From: Thermovirgaceae bacterium
Lineage (GTDB): Bacteria > Synergistota > Synergistia > Synergistales > Thermovirgaceae
NCBI GenBank assembly: GCA_040767805.1
Contig: JAXGNU010000001.1
Location: 1-64,000, forward strand
Reading direction: 5' to 3'
Length of the DNA: 64,000 nucleotides
Shown: piece by piece, positions 18,752 to 27,533 of the stretch
Numbering within the stretch: position 1 is the stretch's first letter
How the letters are laid out: every line of letters starts with the position of its first letter
Position numbers and translations under genes: made by a program
The notes under the pieces: generated by a model
The model's input: the letters and a program-made list of their open reading frames with translations, nothing else
The model's database searches: none
Told to the model about the DNA's origin: nothing

Positions 18752-19378
18752 ATGGCGAAAAAAATCAATGTCAACCCTAACCGCATGGAGCTGTCCCGGC
18801 TTAAGACAAGGCTTAAGGTGGCCATTAGAGGGCACAAACTCCTAAAGGATAAGCAGGACGCCCTGATCAAGGCTTTCCTTGAAAAAGCCAGGAGCCTTAA
18901 GGACCTGAGGGAATCGGTGGAGAAGGAGCTGGAAGAGTGTTACCGCAGCTTTCTCCTTGCCAGGGCCCAGACCTTTCCCGCCATGCTTGAGCAGGCATTG
19001 ATGATCACCGGGACGGGCCTTTCCCTGAAGATGTCAAAAAAGAACATCATGAGCGTCATAGTCCCGATCTTCGAAGTTGAGCAGGGTGAAGCATCCCTGA
19101 ATTACGGACTGGGGACGACCACGGGAAACCTCGATGTGGCACTGGAGAAGTTCTCGGGGCTTCTACCAAGACTGGTGAGCCTGGCTGCGGAGGAGAAGGC
19201 GCTGAGGCTTATGGCCGTTGAGATCGAAAGGACCCGGAGAAGGGTTAACGCCCTCGAGCACGTCCTCATCCCTTCATTCCAGGAGACCATACGGTACATC
19301 ACCATGAAGCTCGATGACCAGGAACGGGCAAACCTAAGCAGGCTCATGAGGATCAAGGAGATCGTCCGATCTCACTAG
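18752..19378 (+). CDS. atpD: V/A-type ATP synthase subunit D
   Basis: NPNRMEL, RGHKLLKDK, TRRRVNALE. Confidence 0.95.
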   Translation: MAKKINVNPNRMELSRLKTRLKVAIRGHKLLKDKQDALIKAFLEKARSLKDLRESVEKELEECYRSFLLARAQTFPAMLEQALMITGTGLSLKMSKKNIMSVIVPIFEVEQGEASLNYGLGTTTGNLDVALEKFSGLLPRLVSLAAEEKALRLMAVEIERTRRRVNALEHVLIPSFQETIRYITMKLDDQERANLSRLMRIKEIVRSH

Positions 19379-19404
19379 GAAGTGCTTTCCCAACTTTGAT
19401 GGTT

Positions 19405-19440
19405 CTCAAGGGGAGCCCAAGCGGCTCCCCTTGAGCTTTT
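19405..19440 (+). terminator. intrinsic terminator of the ATPase operon
   Basis: CTCAAGGGGAGCC/GGCTCCCCTTGAG 13-bp stem followed by CTTTT. Confidence 0.8.
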
Positions 19441-19511
19441 GCAGGATCGTAAACCAGAAAGGCTGGGGGTTTCGCGCCGGGGGGACAAAGTTTACCTTTT
19501 TTTGGAAAGGA

Positions 19512-19527
19512 TGCTAAACTATATAAT
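19512..19527 (+). promoter_or_regulatory. putative rnpB promoter
   Basis: Extended -10 TGcTAAACT (19512-19520); alternative TATAAT at 19522-19527. Confidence 0.5.
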
Positions 19528-19528
19528 C

Positions 19529-19954
19529 GCGGGAAGGAGTCCAAGCGGTCGCTGCCCCTCAAGGGGCGGAGGAAAGTCCGGGCTCCACAGGGCAGGGCGC
19601 TGGAGAAATTCCAGTGGGCGCGAGCCCAAGGAAAGTGCCACAGAAACATACCGCCCGGCACTCATTCAACACTTTGGTGCCCCACTGATAATTCCGGCTT
19701 GCGTTGGAGGGATCGACGCCAGTTTTGCTCCAAAGTATCGAATGAGTGCCGGGTAAGGGTGAAAAGGTGGGGTAAGAGCCCACCAGCTGTCGGGTGACCG
19801 GCAGGCTAGGCAAACCCCGCCCGGAGCAAGACCGAATAGGAGGGGATGAGGCTGCCCGCTGACCCTCGGGTACGGTCGCTTGAGGCCCGGCGCAAGCCGG
19901 CCCCCAGATAAATGACCGCCGCGCACAGAACCCGGCTTAAGGACTGCTTCCCGC
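19529..19954 (+). ncRNA. rnpB: RNase P RNA, bacterial type A
   Basis: GAGGAAAGTCCGGGCTC, GAAAGTGCCACAGAAA, GGTGAAAAGG, AAACCCC...GAGCAAG, ACAGAACCCGGCTTA; P1 GCGGGAAG/CTTCCCGC. Confidence 0.97.
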
Positions 19955-19966
19955 TATAGGTAACCT

Positions 19967-20001
19967 AAAGGAGCGCTTCGTTCACGATGCGCTCCTTTTT
20001 T
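19967..20001 (+). terminator. intrinsic terminator of rnpB
   Basis: AAAGGAGCGC/GCGCTCCTTT stem running into a T tract. Confidence 0.82.
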
Positions 20002-20091
20002 ATTGTATTTTGAGAAAGATGATACTTGAGATTTATTTGAACGATTCCAATAGGGTCTAAAGAACCATTGAGAAACTGAAAAAGGTGATAG

Positions 20092-20126
20092 AGTGGTACA
20101 AAGTGGAACAAAGTGGCAGAATATGG
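20092..20126 (+). promoter_or_regulatory. MraZ-binding repeats upstream of the dcw operon
   Basis: AGTGG at 20092, 20102 and 20112 and degenerate TATGG at 20122: 10-bp period directly upstream of mraZ. Confidence 0.8.
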
Positions 20127-20138
20127 GAGGAAAATCCC

Positions 20139-20564
20139 ATGCTGGTGGGAACCTTCGAGCATAAGTTTGATAACAAGGGAAGGATTGTGCTCCCGTCAAA
20201 ATTCAGGGATGAGTTGGGAGAGAGCGCTGTCGCCACCATGGGGATCGACCGGTGCGTATCGATATATTCCGCTGAGAGATGGCAGGAACTACTGAACAAG
20301 TTCCAGCAGATGTCCTTCTCCAAGGGTAAGACCAGGGATTTCCTGAGGGTACTTCTCGCGACGGCCAACGAGATCCAGATCGACGCTTCGGGCCGCGCCC
20401 TTATCCCCTCGAACTTGCGGCAGCACGCCAAGCTGGACCTGGAAGTCAGCGTCATCGGCGTCGGCGACCATGTGGAACTTTGGGATACGGTCTCCTGGAA
20501 CGCATATCTCGAGGAGGTCCGTAACGTCCTGCCCGACATCGCCGAAGAGGTCGAGGGGTTATGA
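20139..20564 (+). CDS. mraZ: division/cell wall cluster repressor MraZ
   Basis: Two DxxGR motifs (DNKGR, DASGR), IGVGDHVELW; SD GGGAGG. Confidence 0.95.
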   Translation: MLVGTFEHKFDNKGRIVLPSKFRDELGESAVATMGIDRCVSIYSAERWQELLNKFQQMSFSKGKTRDFLRVLLATANEIQIDASGRALIPSNLRQHAKLDLEVSVIGVGDHVELWDTVSWNAYLEEVRNVLPDIAEEVEGL

Positions 20565-21487
20565 ACGCCCACATCCCGGTGATGCTCCCCGAAGTGTGCG
20601 GAATATTGGAAAAAGCTCAAAACCTGAGGTTCGTCGTGGACGCGACTCTCGGCCTCGGGGGGTATTCGGAAGGGGTTCTGTTGAAATGGAGAAATGCCGT
20701 CGTCCTCGGCATCGATCAGGATCCTCAGGCCATTGAGGCGGTGAAAAGAAAACTCATGGATTTCGGCGACCGTTTTCGGGCCGTACACGGTAACTTCCGC
20801 GATCTTTCCTCGATCCTGGTAAAAACCGGGATGGGGAAACCCGATGCCGTCCTTTTCGACCTGGGGGTATCGAGTTTCCAAATTGATACCCCCGAGCGCG
20901 GTTTTTCCTTTCAAGAAAACGGCCCGCTGGATATGCGTATGGATAGCCTCGATGAACGCCGGGAAAGGGCCGGCGACATCATCAATACCGCCGGCATGAG
21001 GGAATTGATCACCCTGTTTCGTAAGTACGGCGAAGATCCCTATGCCGCGCAAATAGCGCGGGGGATAGTCAGGTACAGGGAGTCCTCTGGCCCTATCAAG
21101 AGTACCTCCGAACTGGTCCAGGTCATCAGGGACACCCTCCCGGCGCCGGTCCAGAGGAAGATGGGGAGGAACCCGGCCAGGAAGGTCTTCCAAGCGCTCA
21201 GGATTGCGGTCAACGACGAGCTGGAAGCGCTGACCGAAGCCCTCAACCAATGCGAGACCCTTGCCGCGGGGGCGATGATGGTGATCGTCGTGAGTTACCA
21301 CTCCCTTGAGGACAGGATCGTCAAAAGAAGATTTCGGGAATGGGCCGCCCTGGGAAGAGGAAATGACCTTTTCAGAAAGCCCCTTGTGCCGGGAGCGGAA
21401 GAATTGAGAGAGAACTGGAGATCAAGAAGCGCCAAATTACGGGCCTTCTCATTCCAGGAGAAGCCCGCGGAGGTGACTGACCCATGA
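20561..21487 (+). CDS. rsmH: 16S rRNA m4C1402 methyltransferase
   Basis: HIPVM, DATLGLGG, DLGVSS, PLDMRM, FQALRIAVN, HSLEDR, RSAKLR. Confidence 0.96.
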   Translation: MNAHIPVMLPEVCGILEKAQNLRFVVDATLGLGGYSEGVLLKWRNAVVLGIDQDPQAIEAVKRKLMDFGDRFRAVHGNFRDLSSILVKTGMGKPDAVLFDLGVSSFQIDTPERGFSFQENGPLDMRMDSLDERRERAGDIINTAGMRELITLFRKYGEDPYAAQIARGIVRYRESSGPIKSTSELVQVIRDTLPAPVQRKMGRNPARKVFQALRIAVNDELEALTEALNQCETLAAGAMMVIVVSYHSLEDRIVKRRFREWAALGRGNDLFRKPLVPGAEELRENWRSRSAKLRAFSFQEKPAEVTDP

Positions 21488-21912
21488 ACTCTTGCGCCCT
21501 GGAATTTCCCTGCTGTTGCAGCCAGAGAGTCAAGGCGCGGGGGCCGCTATGGATCCTTGTTTGCGGCGGGGTCGTGGCGCTCCTCATGGGGCTGGTCGCT
21601 TTGAGGCTTTATTCTCTCAACTTGGAGTACCAGCTGGCTGATATACAAAGGCAGATCGTCCTCCTGGAAGAGGAGCAGTCAAGGTTGGAAAAGGACCTGG
21701 CGGGTTTACTGAATCCAACGAGAGTGTATAGTTATGCGAGGTCCGAGTTGGGGATGAAGGCCTCCGCCGGCATAGGCGTCGTGAGAGTTGCGGCAGTTCA
21801 GGCAATGCCTCCGGCGAGCCGGGCGTACGACAGGTACGAAACGGGCGTCATCAGGAAGGCCCTCGTGTGGCTGGTGGATTCCGTGTCGAGGAAGGCTTCC
21901 GCCCGACAGTGA
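21484..21912 (+). CDS. ftsL: cell division protein FtsL-like
   Basis: Single TM helix plus coiled coil and ARSELGM; lies between rsmH and the PBP gene. Confidence 0.75.
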   Translation: MNSCALEFPCCCSQRVKARGPLWILVCGGVVALLMGLVALRLYSLNLEYQLADIQRQIVLLEEEQSRLEKDLAGLLNPTRVYSYARSELGMKASAGIGVVRVAAVQAMPPASRAYDRYETGVIRKALVWLVDSVSRKASARQ

Positions 21913-21947
21913 CGGCAGATTGACGGACGAAGGACGGTCAGCATTGG

Positions 21948-23591
21948 ATGAAAGGCCTGAGGAAGAGCCCTTGGCTGTTGCTAGCCGTTTTCATAATGGT
22001 GCTCCTCTTCCGACTTTATTCACATCACCTCGACCCGGACCCCAGGATAAGATCTCAGGCCGGAAGCCAATACTGGGCCAGGTTGAAGGTAGCGGCCCCC
22101 AGAGGTTTCATCAGGGACAGGAACGGGATAGCTTTGGCGATCTCCACCCCGGCCCTGAGTTTTTTCATTGACCCCACCTTGTGGGACCCGGGCAACGCCC
22201 CCCTTCTGCAGGACTTGATCCCCAGCGAAAGACTCGTAAGGATCTCCAAAAAAATGGAGGGGCGGTACTTTCCTATCGCTCGGAAGGTCGACCCACCCGT
22301 TTCCGATCGAATAATAAACCTGAAACTTCCAGGGCTTTTCTGGGTAAAGGAGACGAAAAGGATCTACCCCCAGGGAAATACGCTGTGCCATGTCCTGGGT
22401 TTTTGCTCTATCGATGACACGGGCCTGGCCGGGACTGAATTATTCTGGGACCGTGTACTTTTCGCGCCTCCGGAAGGAAGGATCATAGCCAAGGACGCAA
22501 AGGGCCATTTCGTGGACGTAGCCCTGCCAGGCCACACCCTCGCCGCGGACAATGACTCGCTGGTCAAACTCACCATCGACTCCAGGCTTCAGCATATCCT
22601 CGAACAGAGACTCAAGGAAGGGATGGACAGGCACAAGGCTGAGTGGGCTGCGGCGGTTTTGGTAGAACCTTCGACGGGAATGATCCTGGGAATGGCCAGC
22701 CTGCCTGATTTCAACCCAAACATCAGGACCACCTTTGCCGCTAAAGAATCGCTGAGGAATAACGTTCTATCGAGGGTTTTCGAACCAGGCTCGACCTTCA
22801 AACCCATCATCATGTCAAACCTCCTTGATAACGGCGAGGTCTCCTTGAACAGCACCGTAAACTGCCAGGGGAAGATTCGGGTGGCAGATGTTACAATCCA
22901 TGACATAAAGGCCCACGGCAAGGTGAACCCGATCAGCATAATCTCCGATTCCTGCAACGTAGGGATGGTCACCGGCGTAAAACACTCCGAACCCTTCAGG
23001 ACCTACTCTTTTTTAAAAAGGTGCGGGTTCGGAGGCCCCACCGGGATCGAGCTCCCCGGTGAAGAATCGGGGTTGATCATGCCTCCGTCCCAGTGGCGGG
23101 GTTCAGTACCGGCCACGATAGCGATCGGTCAGGGTATCGGCGTAACGCCCCTCCAGCTGGCCATGGCTACGGCCTCCATCGCGAACGGCGGGATACTCAT
23201 GAAGCCCTTTATAGTATCCGAGATTAGGCGCAAGGGCGGCAAATTGGAATACCAGGGTAAACCTTTCGCCGTCGGTGAGGTCATGTCGGCTCGGACTTCG
23301 CAATTGATGCGGGAAGCCATGAGGCAGGCCGTGGAAAAGGGAACGGGAAGGCCCGCTGCCGTTACTGGAGTCAAAGTGGCAGGCAAAACGGGTACAGCCC
23401 AGGTTCCAGGTGCGGGAGGTTATCTCAAGGGCGATTACACCCCTTCCTTCGTGGGCTTCTGGCCCTACGACGACCCCAAATACCTGCTCCTGATCGTGAT
23501 CGGCAACCCGAGGGAGGGGGACTTCCTCGGTGGCAAAGTGGCTGCTCCCGTCTTCCGGAGCATCGTACAGGACATGGAATTGATTTCCTGA
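21948..23591 (+). CDS. ftsI: class B penicillin-binding protein (FtsI)
   Basis: RGFIRDRNG, EPGSTFK (SxxK), SCN (SxN), GKTGTA (KTG); no PASTA domain. Confidence 0.93.
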   Translation: MKGLRKSPWLLLAVFIMVLLFRLYSHHLDPDPRIRSQAGSQYWARLKVAAPRGFIRDRNGIALAISTPALSFFIDPTLWDPGNAPLLQDLIPSERLVRISKKMEGRYFPIARKVDPPVSDRIINLKLPGLFWVKETKRIYPQGNTLCHVLGFCSIDDTGLAGTELFWDRVLFAPPEGRIIAKDAKGHFVDVALPGHTLAADNDSLVKLTIDSRLQHILEQRLKEGMDRHKAEWAAAVLVEPSTGMILGMASLPDFNPNIRTTFAAKESLRNNVLSRVFEPGSTFKPIIMSNLLDNGEVSLNSTVNCQGKIRVADVTIHDIKAHGKVNPISIISDSCNVGMVTGVKHSEPFRTYSFLKRCGFGGPTGIELPGEESGLIMPPSQWRGSVPATIAIGQGIGVTPLQLAMATASIANGGILMKPFIVSEIRRKGGKLEYQGKPFAVGEVMSARTSQLMREAMRQAVEKGTGRPAAVTGVKVAGKTGTAQVPGAGGYLKGDYTPSFVGFWPYDDPKYLLLIVIGNPREGDFLGGKVAAPVFRSIVQDMELIS

Positions 23592-23613
23592 ACAGGGGGT
23601 TTTTGATCAAACG

Positions 23614-25158
23614 ATGAGGGTCTCCGATATCAAGGGGCTTCTGGAGGAGCGCGGAATACTAATCGGGCCTGGAGCCGGGGACACCGGGGTAAACCCAACG
23701 GGAGCCGGCGCTGGAGAGGATCCCAGGATAACCGGTGTCTTCATGGATTCGCGGAAAGTGGTGCCGGGCGGCGTTTTCTTCTGCCTCAAGGGGGCAACTT
23801 ACGACGGTCATGACCATGCCCTTGAGGCCTGGACCAATGGAGCGGTTTGCGTCGTCTCGGAGAAAGTCACACCAGCCCCTGTCGCTCATCTCCTAGTCCG
23901 CGATACCAGGGTCGCGATGGGATTCGCCGCGATGGCTTTTTTTGACCACCCCGCGGAGTCGCTGAAGATGATCGCTGTAACCGGTACCAATGGTAAGACG
24001 ACGACGGCCTACATGTTGAGGTCCATCTTTAATTCTTCCGGCGGACGATCAGGGATGCTGGGCACCGTGATCTATGATACGGGAAGCGGTGCCTATCATG
24101 AAGCCCGGAGGACGACACCCGAATCGCCGGAAATACAATCCTTGCTTCGTGAAATGTTGCAAAACGGCTGTGATTACTGCGTAATGGAGACATCTTCTCA
24201 CGGGCTTTACCAAGGAAGGCTGACCGGTTGCAGTTACGACGGCGCCGTTTTTACAAACCTTTCACCGGAGCACTTGGACTTCCATGGGACCATGGAGGAG
24301 TACTTCAGGTCAAAGATGATCCTCTTTAAAGATCATATGAAAACCCCTAACTGGATAGGCGCTTCGAATATTTCTGACTCCTACGGTAAAAGGGTCAAGG
24401 AGTTCTTCCCCGGCAATATCGTCACATTCTCCCTGGACGAGGAGGATTCCCCCGACTTTTACGGCGTTGTTAAAAGCCAAAGCCTTAAAGGCCTTGAGAT
24501 GGGAATTTTTTACGGGAGGGAAAAACCCGTTCTCGAAATAGGCCTCCCGCTGACAGGGCGTTTTAACGCCTTGAATGCCCTAGGGGCGGCAACCCTCTCC
24601 CTTTCCATGGGCCTCGATCCCCAAACTGTCATAAAAGGGCTCGAGTCCATGCCCCAAGTGCCCGGGCGCCTGCAGCGTTACTCCCTCGCTAACGGCGTGA
24701 CGGCCTTGATAGACTACGCCCACACTCCCGAAGCGCTTAAAAACGTCCTGACCTCACTGAAGGAAGTCTGCGATGGAAAAATTTGGACTGTCTTCGGCTC
24801 AGGAGGAGACCGCTTTAGAGGCAACCGCCCCATGATGGGGAGGATCGCTGCTTCGTTATCAGACCGGGTGGTCATTACGATGGACAACCCAAGAAGTGAG
24901 GATCCTGCCGGGATTGCCGGGGACATCCTCAGCGGGGTTATTGCCGAGGTCGGGAAAAAGGAACCTCCCGAAGTCATCCTGGATAGGCGCGAGGCGATAT
25001 TTTCCGTCCTTGACAGGGCCGACGAAAGGGATGTGGTCCTCATCGCAGGGAAAGGGCCTGAGAGGAACATAGTTTTTTCGGATAGGGTCATTCCTCACCA
25101 GGATTCGGAGTCGGTGGAGGAGTGGTCCTTATTAAGGGGGATAAAGTGGGCGAAATGA
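23614..25158 (+). CDS. murE: UDP-MurNAc-Ala-Glu:meso-DAP ligase
   Basis: GTNGKTT, TTPES, METSSH, DYAHTP, DNPR, AGKG. Confidence 0.95.
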   Translation: MRVSDIKGLLEERGILIGPGAGDTGVNPTGAGAGEDPRITGVFMDSRKVVPGGVFFCLKGATYDGHDHALEAWTNGAVCVVSEKVTPAPVAHLLVRDTRVAMGFAAMAFFDHPAESLKMIAVTGTNGKTTTAYMLRSIFNSSGGRSGMLGTVIYDTGSGAYHEARRTTPESPEIQSLLREMLQNGCDYCVMETSSHGLYQGRLTGCSYDGAVFTNLSPEHLDFHGTMEEYFRSKMILFKDHMKTPNWIGASNISDSYGKRVKEFFPGNIVTFSLDEEDSPDFYGVVKSQSLKGLEMGIFYGREKPVLEIGLPLTGRFNALNALGAATLSLSMGLDPQTVIKGLESMPQVPGRLQRYSLANGVTALIDYAHTPEALKNVLTSLKEVCDGKIWTVFGSGGDRFRGNRPMMGRIAASLSDRVVITMDNPRSEDPAGIAGDILSGVIAEVGKKEPPEVILDRREAIFSVLDRADERDVVLIAGKGPERNIVFSDRVIPHQDSESVEEWSLLRGIKWAK

Positions 25159-26564
25159 TGGGCAAGGAACGACCTTCAACGGGTTGGACCCTCCACGAAG
25201 CGGCGAGAACGATCGGCCTCCGGTTTGTTGGAAAGGATATCCCCATGCCCTCTCATATTTCCGTTGACAGCAGGGAAGTACTCCCAGGAAGCCTGTTCGT
25301 CGCCCTGAAGGGGGAAAAAGCCGACGGCCAGGATTTCATCGAGGACGCGGTCATGAGGGGAGCGGCCGGGTTGATCTGCCGCGCTCCAGCCCCGGGCAGC
25401 CATCTCAGCGGCCTCCTTGGAACCGGCATTCCTGCCATTATGACCGAAGATGCGAAGACTACCTTAAGAGACCTATCCCTGGCATGGCTTGACCGGGTAA
25501 ACCCCGCCCTGGTCGTAGGCATTACGGGAACGGTTGGAAAGACAACCACAAGAGAGATGATCAAAGCCGTACTATCCTCACCTTTGAAAGTCCACTCTCC
25601 GAGGAGGAGCTTTAACACCGATATAGGCTGTGCGGTGACCGTACTCGAGGCTCCCCTGGGGACAGAGATACTCCTGCTTGAACTGGGAACGAATCACCCC
25701 GGCGAGATCCTCGAAACGGCGAAAAACTATCGCCCGGGGTTCGGGATCATAACGGAAGTGGGACCGGGCCACCTTCAGGGCCTGAAAAGTATCAAGGGAG
25801 TCCTCGAGGCCAAGTTGGAACTCTTGGGAGCGCCATCGATAGAGAATTTGTCTTATAATTTCGATAACCCACTGTTGTCTCGTGCCCTTGAGGTCTCGGG
25901 AGGGGAGCTGGGCCTTTTCCCGGTTGGTTTCAAAAGCCCGATGTACCGCATCCTCGAGGCTGCGAGCGTCACCAGGGACGGCTATCCAGGCCTGGATGTC
26001 GACATCGATACCCCTACGGGTGAACGAAAGTACCGGACGGGTCTTTTCGGTGAACATCATGCCTATGGCCTGGCTTTCGCCTCGGTACTAGGTGATCGCC
26101 TGGGGGTGCCGTCGACCGAACAGGTGAAGAGGCTTTCCTCCTTCAAGGCCTTGCCGGGTAGGGGAAACTTTTTCATATCGAAGAACGGTTTCTTGATAAT
26201 CGATGAGACCTACAACGCTAACCCGGCATCGATGGCCGCCGTTCTCAGGGCTCTCTCAGCGATCCCCTCACCAGTGAAAAAATGCGCCGTTCTTGGAGGA
26301 ATGGGGGAACTTGGGGAAGATTCATTGCAATGGCACCGGTCCCTGGCTGCGTCTTTCGAGGGGCTTGACCTCGTCCTGCTGGTGGGTGAACCTTGGGGTT
26401 CAGTATTCCAGGATGGACTGCCAGCGAACTGCCATACTGTCGATTTTGAAGATCTTGATGTGGTTTTCAAAAGTCGGCTTTGCCCGGGCGACCTCGTGCT
26501 TTTTAAGGGCTCCCGTTCCTTTCAGATGGAAAGGGCCATTGAAATACTGGAGAAACTTCAATGA
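25155..26564 (+). CDS. murF: UDP-MurNAc-tripeptide:D-Ala-D-Ala ligase
   Basis: GTVGKTTT, ELGTNHPGE, DETYNANP, KGSR. Confidence 0.93.
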   Translation: MMGKERPSTGWTLHEAARTIGLRFVGKDIPMPSHISVDSREVLPGSLFVALKGEKADGQDFIEDAVMRGAAGLICRAPAPGSHLSGLLGTGIPAIMTEDAKTTLRDLSLAWLDRVNPALVVGITGTVGKTTTREMIKAVLSSPLKVHSPRRSFNTDIGCAVTVLEAPLGTEILLLELGTNHPGEILETAKNYRPGFGIITEVGPGHLQGLKSIKGVLEAKLELLGAPSIENLSYNFDNPLLSRALEVSGGELGLFPVGFKSPMYRILEAASVTRDGYPGLDVDIDTPTGERKYRTGLFGEHHAYGLAFASVLGDRLGVPSTEQVKRLSSFKALPGRGNFFISKNGFLIIDETYNANPASMAAVLRALSAIPSPVKKCAVLGGMGELGEDSLQWHRSLAASFEGLDLVLLVGEPWGSVFQDGLPANCHTVDFEDLDVVFKSRLCPGDLVLFKGSRSFQMERAIEILEKLQ

Positions 26565-27532
26565 TGTCCAGTGCCGGGCTGTTTCTCGGGGTTTTTCTTG
26601 TCGGGGTCGCCCTACAGGGATACTGGGTCGGTTTTCTCAAGAAGCGGAAGGTGATACAGAACCTCAAACTCTATGGCCCCCAAAAACACCTCAGGGACAA
26701 GAAAAACATCCCCACCATGGGAGGGGCGGTTTTCCTTCTCATGGCGCTCCTTTCCGGGATGACCCTAGTTTTTCTGGGCCGATGGTCCTGTCCGGAGGCC
26801 CTTTTGTTCCTGGGTTTCCCCCTCACCGGCGGCGCCATTGGGTTGACCGATGACCTTATCAAGTACTCCAGGGGGTCGAGCGAGGGGTTCCGTAGCCTGC
26901 AGAAACTTGCGCTGCAGGTTATTTCGGCCGTCGCTTGGTCCTTTTTCTTTATGCCCGGAGGGGTGCTGACCCTGGCTCCGGGTCTTGCGCTGGAAGGGGT
27001 ACCAGGGGCGTTGATCCTCCTGTTCTTCCTGGTGGGAACCCTGAACGCCGCTAATATCACCGACGGCCTTGATGGGCTGTTACCAGGTGTCGCGGTGATC
27101 TCCTTTGCGGCACTCCTCTTCTTCACCCGCGAAGGAGATCCTTCCCGGTTCGCCGCGTTGCTGGGACTGGGCCTTTCAGCCGGTTTTTTGATCTTTAACT
27201 TTCACCCGGCCAGGGTATTCATGGGGGATTGTGGTTCCCACTTCCTTGGGGGGCTTCTAGTCTCAATATGCGCCGCCAAGGGCATGCTGTTGCTCATTCT
27301 TCCCCTGGGGTTCATCATGGGGGTCGAAGTGATTTCGGTCATCATCCAGATAATTGCCATCAGGGGTTTCGGGAGAAGAGTCTTTTCGATGAGTCCTGTC
27401 CATCATCACTTTGAGATGGCGGGTTGGGGCGAGAGGACGATCGTTTTCAGCTTCTGGTTTTTTCACCTGGTAGGTATGTTGCTGCTTTTGATCCTTTACA
27501 AGTACCTCCCCCTTTGGACAGGAGGACGTTGA
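26561..27532 (+). CDS. mraY: phospho-MurNAc-pentapeptide transferase
   Basis: PTMGG, DD, NITDGLDGL, FMGDCGS, PVHHHFE. Confidence 0.95.
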   Translation: MMSSAGLFLGVFLVGVALQGYWVGFLKKRKVIQNLKLYGPQKHLRDKKNIPTMGGAVFLLMALLSGMTLVFLGRWSCPEALLFLGFPLTGGAIGLTDDLIKYSRGSSEGFRSLQKLALQVISAVAWSFFFMPGGVLTLAPGLALEGVPGALILLFFLVGTLNAANITDGLDGLLPGVAVISFAALLFFTREGDPSRFAALLGLGLSAGFLIFNFHPARVFMGDCGSHFLGGLLVSICAAKGMLLLILPLGFIMGVEVISVIIQIIAIRGFGRRVFSMSPVHHHFEMAGWGERTIVFSFWFFHLVGMLLLLILYKYLPLWTGGR

Positions 27533-27533
27533 C

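Noticed and set aside
19353..19926. Several short ORFs over the rnpB region
   Set aside because: The region is fully explained by RNase P RNA.
20057..21301. 414-aa minus-strand ORF
   Set aside because: Antisense shadow of mraZ-rsmH caused by GC-rich codon bias; no motifs. The same applies to other long antisense ORFs such as 35804-36535, 39087-39908, 50900-51628 and 57826-58686.
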